Part shown: positions 1-10,325 of the stretch, in pieces | How positions within the stretch are numbered: position 1 is the stretch's first letter | How the letters are laid out: every line of letters starts with the position of its first letter | DNA from: Camelus ferus | Lineage: Eukaryota | DNA: 64,000 nt | Assembly (NCBI RefSeq): GCF_009834535.1 | Contig: NC_045697.1 | Span: forward strand, 50,222,001 to 50,286,000 | Reading direction: 5' to 3' | Translations under genes and position numbers: made by a program | The notes under the pieces: generated by a model | The model's input: the letters and a program-made list of their open reading frames with translations, nothing else | Database searches by the model: none | Told to the model about the DNA's origin: nothing

Positions 1-277
1 GTTGTCTGGGTGTCTAATTTCCTGCAGAAAAACCCTTCCAGATGGAAACCCAGGGGAGTTCTGTTTCCCTGATGGAACTCAGAATGAGGCATTGGAGCAA
101 TGACAAAAATATCAACTTCCTTTTGCTTTAATTATTACCCTCTTATATTTATTATTAGTTGAATTGAATTATTCAACTAATTATTATTATTTCCCATAAT
201 AATTTCAATGATCATTGTTTAATAATTGATCATTTTAATTATTATTATTTCCCAGAGACATTAATGCCAAAAAATTA

Positions 278-720
278 TTGTCTTCACCTAAAAGCAGACT
301 TTGAGATGAGCACTTGGGAAGTAACTATTTATTTGGGAACAAGTTCTAGGATATACCAGTGAGGAATTGGGAAAATGAGGCAGAGAAGCTCCAGAAGAGC
401 ATGTTAGTGAGAGAATTACTGCTGTAGACAACCAATGAGCTTAATTCCTCTTGGGTCCACTGAGGAACCGTGTGGAATACCCCTCAGAAGCGTCCCACCA
501 AGGCTTGTGTCAAGATGGCATTTTTGTCCACAGACATCTGTCCCTCATCAGCTGAGGGTTAAACACCTTGTATTTTGGGGTTGTCCTGATCACATGTAGA
601 GATATGTGATGCTGGAGAAAGCCTTCAGGCAGAGAAGCAGAGAGATGGAGTCATGTGACGGGGGGATGGTAGCATTTCTAAATCTGTGAGACTGACGTCC
701 AGGTGGTGGTGGTGGTTTTG
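278..720. mobile_element. ERVL LTR16-family solo LTR (old, diverged)
   Basis: aaagcagactttgagatgagcacttgggaagtaactatttatttggga...ccgtgtggaatacccctcagaagcgtcccacc resembles the recalled LTR16 consensus; boundaries approximate. Confidence 0.65.
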
Positions 721-1216
721 GCACATGGCTTCCCTGCAATTCTGCCAGCCTCTCGCTTCTGCTTCACTGCAGTGACAGGAGTAGAAGTCAGAGTGCAGAA
801 GGATAAGAGAGGTGGAGAAAGGAGTGGGTATAGCAAGACATCCTAGGAGTCTGAATGCAAGCAGTGGAAATGGCTAGACTTTAGTAGGGTCCTCAGAGAA
901 AATCCACACACCACATCTGTGTTTATTCCCTTCCTCCTTCCTTCCTGCCCTTCTTCTCATCTTCTCTCCCTCTTCCTCCTCCTCCTGTTCTTATAATTAG
1001 TTTTAATTGAATTCATCTTTCTGATAATGCCTACCTCAAAGTTTAAGAAACCAACTCAGTTATTTTTAAAGGTTTCAGCCTTAGAGTTCCCACAAAATAA
1101 AATAATATTCCTTCTTCTAAATGACCTCTCTCCAGACTGCTTTCCCCCCTTCTCGGCTGAGCAAAAGCAATCACCTGCCTTTAGCAAATACACACAGAAT
1201 TGCCCAACAAGTGTAG

Positions 1217-1230
1217 GTTGCCATGGAAAC
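1217..1230. promoter_or_regulatory. RFX X-box motif GTTGCCATGGAAAC
   Basis: 13/14 match to the palindromic RFX consensus GTTGCCATGGCAAC, in non-repeat sequence; function not shown. Confidence 0.5.
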
Positions 1231-2019
1231 CAAACCAAGAGAGAATAGAGAGAGAAAAGGCTGAATATTAAGGAGTTGTTTGGCCTCAGTGACATTTTCC
1301 TAAAAAAAAAAAAATTCTTTTGTCTTTGAAGATGTGAACCCCAGTTCCTTTTCAGAGATATACCAGGTGACTCCTAACGACACCCCTAACCCTTAGTTTC
1401 TGTGCAGGTTAGTACTTTTTCACCAATCTTTCCTCTACTTCTTTTTCCCCTTTTTCAGGAGCTTATGAAAAAGCAATTGCAAATGACCTCTGGTGGCAGC
1501 ATGTGCTGGTGGAAGTGATGCGGTAGACAGGACAAGGGATTTAAAGTCAGACAGACCTGGGTGTGCATTTCAGCTTTTTGGTGATATTTTCCCATCAGCA
1601 TTTTGACATTGGAGACGCTACTTAAGTGTATCTTGACAATTTATTCTGTCAGTTGAAATGCTCTCATTTTGTTTTGAAAAGAAGAAGAGCACTTCAAGGA
1701 CCTGTGCATTTTCCCCTACACATCTTATTGCTCATATTCCAATCTGAGACAGATTTCCTGTTAAAAAGCATCATTTGCTTAGTGCTATAGTTAAAATATT
1801 CTGACCTAAGAAATTCAGAGTGACAAGAATTCCCACCTATTTCTCCATATCTCAGATACTTCTCAGGAAATTCATCTTCACTGCAAGGACCAAGGAACAT
1901 TATTATCAATGGTAATATTATTATATCAATTAGCCAAATATTGTTTCTTGAAGTTTCAAGGAGGCGGTTTTTACTGGAACTTAGGGAAGCATCAGGGGGT
2001 GAGGCTCGGATAAGAAACT

Positions 2020-2100
2020 GTCTGAGTTCAGACCACGGAGCTTGTTAGCTGGGTGAACTTGGGCAGGTAGTTACACTTTGTGCATCTCGATTTCTTTACT
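2020..2100 (+). mobile_element. MIR SINE core fragment
   Basis: tagctgggtgaacttgggcaggtagttacactttgtgcatctcgatttc matches the MIR core. Confidence 0.65.
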
Positions 2101-2154
2101 AAGCCGTAGAACGTCTCAATTGGACTCTTGCGGGGTTTCTTTCTTCCTACTACA

Positions 2155-2575
2155 AGCTAACATTCATATAGCATATAGTATGTGTCAAGAAGTGTTCTCA
2201 TACTTCGCATAGGAACTCATGGAATCCTCCCCACAGCCCTGTGCACTGGTACTTGGTGTCTCCCTGCAGAGGAGACTGAAGGACCCGAGGTGAACGCCTT
2301 GCCCAGGATCACACAACTAATTAAGTGGCAAATCCAGGATCTAATGCAGGAAGTCTGGCTCCAGACTGTTATCATCGCTAGAGAATATTTATTAAGTACT
2401 TACTAATATCCTAGATATGGTATTAAGCACTAGACAAACTCTGATTTGTTCCTCTTTGTTCCTTTACCTATACTAACTCTATAATATAGGTAGTATTACC
2501 TAGGTGCAGAGAAGGAAACAGGTTCAGAATCTGAGCTCAAGGAACTTGCCTGCAGTCCTACAGTTCAGAGGCAGA
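2155..2575 (-). mobile_element. Two consecutive MIR SINEs
   Basis: gaggagactgaagg...ttgcccaggatcacacaactaattaagtggc...gtctggctccaga, then a second gaaggaaacaggttcaga...ggaacttgcctgcagtcctacag; both reverse-complement MIR. Confidence 0.75.
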
Positions 2576-2719
2576 AAATATTTCATTTGCTTATGGTATT
2601 TTCTTTTACTGGTCACCCTCTCCTTTGCCTGGTAAAATTCTCTTCATTCTTCAAGTCTCAATTTAAACATTGTTTCTTTCAGAAGTCTTGCTGAAACCCC
2701 ACACTAGGCAAATTTGGAC

Positions 2720-3657
2720 TAAAATGGACAGAGATAGCCCAAAAAAATTTTGGATCCCCCAATTTTTATAAGTAGGGAGAAAGCAGACTGAGAAAGCTAC
2801 TTAGTTGCAAATGTGCAATTTCATACGGACAATGATGGACATCTCAGATGGTGGAGGCGAGCTTCAGGAGTGGAACCAAAAGACATAACAATGGACAAGG
2901 TAACCACTTCCTGGGAGCAGAGTTTCATTCTTACCAAGGATCATTCCTTTTCCTCTTAGTGGGGTATCTGACAACGTATACTCAGCTGGACTTCAGAATT
3001 GCTATGAAAAAGTGACTGCTGTATTGCCCTGATTCCTCCATTTTTGAATAAGAGTCTCTGTTATCGTTCTTTTGTCCCTGTTTTTTCATTGCACATTAAG
3101 TGCGTCAAGAGCAGTTATCTTCTCATAAGTTTGCAGGTCTCTGAACAAAGAAGGTGTGCACCCAAGATGCCACACTCCAGGATTCCATCCACATTTAAAC
3201 AGGATGCAAATTGCAAGGTATAAGACCTTGAGACTGACACCCTCTTGGATCAGACTTTGGGAATAGCCATAGGGAGGCCAGTGTATTTTGCACTGGGAAT
3301 GGACTGTGGTAGGTGAGACAAAATAGCCACAATATTTAGCAGTTCCTTCTGTCAAGAGGTGGAATCTATTCTCCACTCTCTAATATGGACTTACCAATGG
3401 GACTTGTTTGGCCAATGGGGCACTAGAAAACATAATAGAGGCGGAGGCTTGAAAAGTTCTTGTGCATTGGGGTTTGCTCCTTTTTGTTCTGGGAATCCTC
3501 CATGTGAAAAAGCCTGCATTCCTGAAGGTTGAAGTTTGATGTTAAGAAAGTCCTCATCCAGCTCTGATAGTCCAGAGAATCGTGATATAAATGAGATGGT
3601 TGTTGTTTTGAACCATTAAGTTTTGAGGTGGTTTGCTACACAGCAAATGCTCAGTGA
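2720..3657 (+). mobile_element. MaLR MLT1G/H-type 3' LTR (~3304-3657) with upstream internal segment
   Basis: LTR begins tgtggtag after a purine tract, contains tcaagaggtggaatctattctccac, ends ttgttttgaaccattaagttttgaggtggtttgctacacagcaa; upstream sequence resembles MLT1-int. Confidence 0.75.
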
Positions 3658-4589
3658 TGTTGTTTGGATTTGCACAGCTAGGCAACAGGTAGAGAGGAGG
3701 GAGTTCCATTTCTATCTTTAATAACATAGTATTAAGTGAGTAGTTGTTCTTAAGACAATGCAGGGAAATCCACATGCTATAGCAGCTTTTCTCTCCATTC
3801 TCTGGATTTAACTAATGCACACACACACACAAATAACTATACAAATCCAGAATGAACAAAGATCTCTAGCTGCAATAATCAGGCCTTCCAGTGAGGATTA
3901 TGCTGTGAGATGATGCATTTAGAAGAAAGCTAAGATACTGAACCAACTGATGATTACACCGTTGGGATAGTCAGGAGACAAACTTAGAGCACTGAATGAA
4001 GAATCAGAGGCAATTGCATTCATTCATTCAGTATTTTACTAGATGTCTACCATGTGACATATCTGGGTAAAGGAAAACAATATGTAATTCATTAGGGTAT
4101 TGTAATTGCAGTTTAAAAATTTGCATTCTAAGGTATTTGGTATATTTGAAAGCTCTAATAAAGGGCTCAATAGTCAGGAAAGAATTCAATAAGATCAAAA
4201 TAAAGTATTATCTGGGCAGTAACTTCACAGTAAATTTGGCTTAATAAAAATTTCACATGAATCCTTTTTTTAATTGACACTCAGACACTGAACTCTTTGG
4301 AAGACTGATGTCAAGGAAATAAATGTTATGCCCTGCTACTTTTAAATGCACTTGCAATATTGTGCCTTCTATAAAGGAAATACTTTTATCCAATTTTTGC
4401 AATTTATTATTCTTTCCTGCTTTTGAGGTTGAGGAGGCATTACAGTTGTTCACAAGCTTTTTTATTTTCCCTTCAGATATAGAACTCTTTCTTTATTCCT
4501 ATTGAAAGTTTTTTAAGAATTAGGTAAAAATTAATAAATTAAATTATTCTTAAAGTTTCTTGACATTTAGAGTCTGATTCATTTAAATC

Positions 4590-5510
4590 ACTTTTAAAAG
4601 TAAACTTTTTTAGAACAAAATAAAGATTTACAGAGAAATTGTGAAGATAATAGGGAATTCTCTTATACCCCACTCAACTTCTCCTATTATTAACATCTTA
4701 CTGTTAGTATCGTACAATGTTATTATTAATGAAGCAATGTTAGTATATTACTATAAACTAAAATCCATTTTTGATTTAGATTTACTTAGCTTTTGCTTAC
4801 TGTTTTTTTGTTTGTTTGTTTGTTCTAAGTTCCCATCCAGAATGCCGTATTATATTTTGTCATCGAGTTTCCTTAGGCTTCTCTTGGTTGTGGCTGTTTC
4901 TCAGCCTTTCCTTGCTTTTGATGACCTGACAAGTTTCGAGGAGTAACGTATTTTGTAGAATGTCCCTCAGGTGGGATATGTCTGATGTTTTTCTCATGAT
5001 TAGACTGCGATCATGCATTGTCAAAGGAAAAATGCAGAGGTAAAGAACCATTTGCATCACACTATATCAATAGTACACACTATCAGCATGATTTATCACT
5101 GTTGATGTTGACCTTGGTCAGCTGGCTGAGGTGGTGTTTGCCAGGTTTCTTCCTGGTCAAGTTAGTCCTCTTTGCAGCTTTTCCATAATGTATCCTTTGG
5201 AAGGAAGCCATTATGTGTATCCCACATATGAAAGTGAGAAGTTACGCTCCACTAGCCTGAGGGTGGAGAATCTACATAAATTATTTGAAATTCTTCTACA
5301 TAGGATATTTGTCTATTCTCCCCCTATTAATTAATTAATATTAGGATGGATTCATGGATATTTATTTTATACTTTGGGTTATAATTCATCATTACTGCTC
5401 ATTTGTTGCGTTGCTTAAATTGTTCTAGCTTTGTCCAGGGGAGCTCTTTCATTTGACACCTATGTCCCTTTGACATATCAGCATCATCGTGGGGTCTTCT
5501 GCTTGTTCAA
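4590..5510 (-). mobile_element. Old LINE-1 3' UTR (L1MC4/5-like)
   Basis: tttctcagcctttccttgcttttgatgacctgacaagtttcgaggagt...tttgtagaatgtccctcaggtgggatatgtctgatgtttttctcatgattagactg is typical of L1MC 3' UTR. Confidence 0.8.
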
Positions 5511-5709
5511 AGTTTCAGAGAAACAAGCTCTCTATAAATCTCATTTTAACTTGGCACGTTCTTTTTCTATTCCTGTTTCTGTTTCTGTCATGTCTCTGCT
5601 TCTCTTTCTTTCTCTCTCTCTTCTCTTTTTCTTTCTGTTCCTTTTATTCGTTATGATGTGAAAGTAAGAAGGGGTATGTGATCTCAAATTTTGCTGTTGA
5701 AGCTAAGTT

Positions 5710-6320
5710 AATTCTCCTTGAAGCTTAGCCGGTGCTTCCCAGATACTATTCTGCAAAAGAAAAATCTGGAGAGTTTGTTAAAATTGCAGACTCTACCTCT
5801 GCTGTGAACTGCAATTATGTCCTCCACAAATTCATATGTTGAAGTCTTCACTCCTACTGTGACTGTATTCGGAAATAAAGCTTTTAGGAGGTAATTAAGG
5901 GTAAATGCAGTCAAAAGGGTGAGTTCCTAATCTGATAGGACTGGTAATTTTATAAGAAAAGGAAGAGAGGGAGATCTCTCTCTTTCTCTCTCTCTCTTTC
6001 TCTCTCTCTCTCCACAGATGCCTCAGGAAAGGCCGTGTGAGGACACAGTGAGTAGGCAGCCATCTGCAAGTGGGGAAGAGAGCTCTCACCAGAAATCAAA
6101 CTGGCCAGCACTTTGATCCTGGACTTCTCAGCTTCCAGCACTATGAGAAAATAGATTTCTGTTTTTAAAGCCACCTGGTATACGGTATTTTATTATGGGA
6201 GTCTGAGCTAACGCATCCTCTCCCTCCCCCCACTACAGCCAACATTTTGATTTTTTAGGCGATGGAAGGGGCACATAAGGACTCTGCACATTAACAAGCA
6301 CCTCAGGAGATGCTGACAGA
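5710..6320. mobile_element. MER5A-like hAT-Charlie fossil, split by MLT1A
   Basis: ctggagagtttgttaaaattgcagact on the left and ctctgcacattaacaagcacctcaggagatgctga on the right of the LTR match consecutive parts of MER5A. Confidence 0.55.
5800..6215 (+). mobile_element. MaLR MLT1A-type solo LTR, full length
   Basis: TG...CA termini, 5-bp TSD acctc/tcctc, diagnostic caaattcatatgttgaagtc and ggccgtgtgaggacacagtgag...gccatctgcaag. Confidence 0.9.
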
Positions 6321-6613
6321 GTTTCTTTAAGGCTTTGCCTTGAAAAACAGTGTCTCTAACAGTGGAGGAAGGGCATTTGTTACACTCTTTCCTGAGGGCA
6401 GGTAGCTGTTCTGATACCCACGTTTTCTTTTTCTTTTCTGGTGGCTTATAGTAATCAAACACAATATAACTTACCTACTGTTTGTCATAAAAGGGGTGTA
6501 GATTTCAGGAATTTACAACACAAAATCTACTTTATCATAGGACAAACACTAATGTATTCCAGATTTCTGCTCAGAGTTAGATTTAACATTTTTGTATTGA
6601 ATATATATGAAGT

Positions 6614-7247
6614 TGTTACTGAACCAAACTTGGATCTGCTTGCCCACATGCAGCAAAGCCAATCTACTGACATCAGGCTGTGATGGAGGAAAGCGCAGCA
6701 CTTATTCTAGGCACCAAGCAAGGAGTCCAGGTCGCCAGTGCTTTGAAGGTCCAAACTCCCTGAAGGCTTTTGGGGAAAGATTTTTAAAGAGGTGAGGGAG
6801 GAGGGTTGTGGGGGGCGTGACCAGCCCGTAGGCATTCTTCTGATTGGTTTGAGGTGAGGTAATTGGGAGTCAGCATCATCAACCTTCTGGTTCCAGCCGG
6901 TTTGGGGTCTACCTGAGTGTGGGCAGCATACAGTTAAATTCTTTCACCTGGTTGGGGTTTCAGTATGTGCAAAACAGCTCAAAAGATATGGCTCAGAATA
7001 TTATCTACAGCCCTTGAGCAGGAACTAAAAGTCCTTGACTTTGTTTAATGGCTAAACTATTATTATTTTGTCTTGTTTGGCTATTTTCCTTTCTTTCCAC
7101 AGTTTCTCATTTCTCTGATTAAATTTACCCTTTGGAACTTAGGGAAGGCCTAGAAAGCTAAAGTTTTTCTACAGACAAGAAGCAAGCAGAGGACATGAGT
7201 GGGGAAGTCTGTTCTGGGAAGACCCCATAGGGTCCTGCTCTGTTACA
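6614..7247 (-). mobile_element. ERV1 solo LTR (LTR39-like, cetartiodactyl type), full length 634 bp
   Basis: tgttac...gttaca termini, 4-bp TSD-like aagt/aatt, CCAAT and TATA-like motifs on the minus strand; subfamily name tentative. Confidence 0.85.
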
Positions 7248-7294
7248 AATTCTGTTTTTTTCCTGGAGAGTATGGAGTGTTGAAGACCAAAAGC

Positions 7295-7460
7295 CATAGC
7301 ATTTTAGGGCTAAAAAGGGGCTGAGAAATTGTTAGTTCCAGTCCTTTTTTCCCTTCATGTACAGAAAAAAAAAAAAAAACAACCTAGGAGTTGTAGAGAA
7401 TTGGATTGTCCAAGTTCACATGATTATTGTTGGAGGAGTTAGGTCTAAAGCTTGTTTTCC
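7295..7460 (-). mobile_element. MIR (MIR3/MIRc-like) fragment
   Basis: ttgtccaagttcacatga core and gagaaattgttagttccagtcc tail in reverse orientation. Confidence 0.55.
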
Positions 7461-8064
7461 CAGTGGGAGATTGTTCCATTAAGACAGTCACAATTTAATA
7501 CAATTGGTTTAAGTAGATTATAGTGAAATAGATGATTTTGGATTACTCTTTCTGTTTTCATATTTTTATATCAAGGTATAATTAATTGCACTTGGGTTTC
7601 AGGATTATAGCTTTTGTTTGTTATAAAAATAGATGCTATAAAATATCATGTTTCCCACTTGAAGTTCTGTTGTGTAAGTTACATTTAAATTAACTATTAA
7701 AAATATTAAAATTGACACAGCTTTTGGCTTAGACAAGCTTAATCTGAGTACAGTCAGCAAAGGTGGCTTCTAGTTTGATACAGGCAAATAAATGTAGAAG
7801 GATCCAGACTTGGAAAGTGAAGGGGGGTGCGCAGAAATCTCGAGATAGGTATGCTCCTGGGGGAAGCCCTGGTTTATTTAAAATTGGTCAATATTAACGA
7901 TGATACATTGTGAGACACAATTCATATCCTATTTGGGGATGCTTCATAAAATGCAACCAACTGGAAGAAGAAACACCACCTTGGTTCAACATTACACAGA
8001 ACTCAAGGCAACACTGATTCCAGATGAGCCTGGAGCTGTGAGGTGCATTTTCTGGTTGTTTAAA

Positions 8065-8215
8065 GATCACTGAACTAGTTTTGAGTCTTAGCTTTCCCTA
8101 CACTAGTTTTGTGATCTTGAGGAAGACACTTAACTTCTCTTGTCTTCAGTTTTCTCATCTGTAAATTGAGGGGGTTGGTTTTAACATCATTAATAACCCT
8201 TCCAGTTTAAAGATA
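8065..8215 (+). mobile_element. MIR (MIR3/MIRc-like)
   Basis: gtgatcttgaggaagacacttaacttctcttgtcttcagttttctcatctgtaaattgaggggg. Confidence 0.8.
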
Positions 8216-8515
8216 CCACAAATATGGATTTGTCATATCTGGACCATCTCTAACAAATAGTGCCAAGAGTGAATTAATTTATCCTTTACAAATTTTATTT
8301 CCATTCTGGAACTTTGACTTGGCTTTTGGAATTCTTAGTTGTTAGAACTAATAAGGAGTTTCAGGCCATTCCCATTTCTGTTATTTTATGATCTACTGGA
8401 GACCATGTCACAAATGAAGTGCTCAGCACTGCAGGGCTGGCTGGTGTCTTTAAGCTGGAAAAGAGACAGCATCTCAACAGATGGAACCTCATGTCACGGC
8501 CATGTACCAGAGCTG

Positions 8516-8564
8516 GTGTGTGTGTGTGTGCGTGCACGTGTGTGTGTGCACACATGTGTGTGTA
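8516..8564. repeat. (TG)n/(CA)n compound microsatellite with uninterrupted purine-pyrimidine alternation
   Basis: gtgtgtgtgtgtgtgcgtgcacgtgtgtgtgtgcacacatgtgtgtgta. Confidence 0.9.
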
Positions 8565-8599
8565 AAGAGGGATCTCTGACTAGTGTTTGGAAGTTGATT

Positions 8600-9200
8600 C
8601 TTTATATATTTATTTTTATAGATCTACACCTGTATCTATCTTTCCTTCTCTCTTTCTCTCTATACATTTCTATATATTTTATAAATTTCTATATATCTAT
8701 ATTTATACCCATATAGGGAGCTCTAGATATAAAGACATATAGTCATATGGACATAGATACAGATATATGGAAATATATTTTAGGTGTTTAAATATGGCTA
8801 TAGATAATTATAGCATTATTAACATATTTGATAAAATATATTGAATATAAACATATATTTCTCCTCCTGGGATATATAAATGAATAGGTAAACATCTCTC
8901 TCTCTCCCTCTCTCTTTTTCCCTCTCTCCCTCTCTCTTTCCCTCTCTCTCTCTCTCTTTCTCTATATATATATAGATCTATGCTTCATAAAATGCAACCA
9001 ACTAGCAGAAGAAAGACCACCTTGGTTGAATGTTTCGTGGAACTAAAGGTGACACTAATTCTATATAATATAATATTAAAATAATATAATACAATTATAT
9101 CCATATATCACATAGATATAGATGGATATTATTACATCCATATATATCATATGTATGAATACCTATCTACATATCTATCTGTCTGTCTATATCCCAGGAG
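8600..9200. repeat. AT-rich low-complexity region with (CT)n and (TA)n tracts
   Basis: degenerate TATA/TAGA repeats; CT tract ~8896-8962. Confidence 0.8.
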
Positions 9201-10169
9201 GAAAAAAATGTAGATGAGACTGATGGGAATGCTTCTCCCCAGGATGTATCCCACTAGGGCAGGTGGGCAGAAACCTTCTGTCCCTTCATGTTGTGGTGAC
9301 ATGATTAACTCACAGATGTGCCTGGCCTTTCCCTCCCTCTTGCCTGCCTATCCTGCTCTCCGGGGAGGTTCTTGCCTTGCTAAGCTGGTTGTTTTGGCCT
9401 TTGCCATAAAGAATCCAGAAGACATAGGACAGGAGAAGGGGGATGAGATGGGACTGAGCTGAGGAAGGAGTTTTCCAGGGAGGGTGGGTAGGAGAAGCAG
9501 AGCAGAAAAGTCAGAGAAGCTGCTGGGAGAAGAGGGGTTGTGCAAAGAAACAGTACCCCCTTCCCATGATTTGAGAAATCAATGTCTTCAAAACTCTGTG
9601 TTGCTTCTGAACTCTGCTTTGGAGGGCAACGCTGCTTGGTGACTGAACCACACAATCCATGGCTCAGTAAATGTTGCAATAGTTGCAAATCTTTGCAAGG
9701 AGAACCAAAGGGCCTGCTGGGAAAAGCACTGAGGAAACCTTTGGAAGTGCCCATTTTGCTCTCGGAAGTCAGCTTTAAGGGTCTGATATGCTGTTGAAAA
9801 GACTGGGGGTGGTACTCCAGGGGCCAGAAACCCCACGAGAACAGGGCATGCCTCTATTTTGACTGCTGCTGCATATCCAGCGCCTGCTCTAGAGAGGGCT
9901 TTTTGGAGTGAATGAATGAGGAGTAAGTAGAAGAGTCTGTGAATGCAGGGTCTGTCTTAGGTCACTGATTCACCCTTAGTGAGGGGAGTTAATCTAGGGA
10001 CTGATGCTCTGTATCCTGTTTCTTGAGAGAGAGAAGCAGTAAGCATGTAAGGAGTTCCAAATTGGGAAAAATACTGAAACTGTGGGGAAATAGAGGTGCT
10101 GGCCATGGAAGTGGTTTCCCTGTAATTCACTCATTTACAGCTTGTGACATTCTGAATAAAATACGAGAG

Positions 10170-10325
10170 GAGGAAGGGACTGTGTGTGGTCATTAATCTT
10201 GTCTGTAAAACAGAAATAATATTTCTTCTCTTGCAGAGCTGTTGTGAGGACTAGAAGTGGTGGATACTGATAGAAAACATGGGGCAATACATCCATACAG
10301 TACCCCTTATTATTACAGCCACCAT
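10170..10325 (+). mobile_element. MIR SINE fragment
   Basis: gtctgtaaaacagaaataatatttcttctcttgcagagctgttgtgaggactaga matches the MIR 3' half. Confidence 0.65.

Noticed and set aside
1384..1395. ccctaaccctta telomere-like hexamers
   Set aside because: Under two full units; expected by chance.
7939..9061. The 82-bp direct repeats as LTRs of a small retroelement or as CRISPR-like repeats
   Set aside because: No TG..CA termini, primer-binding site, polypurine tract or TSD; only two copies; the intervening DNA holds an ordinary MIR and microsatellites; the context is mammalian.
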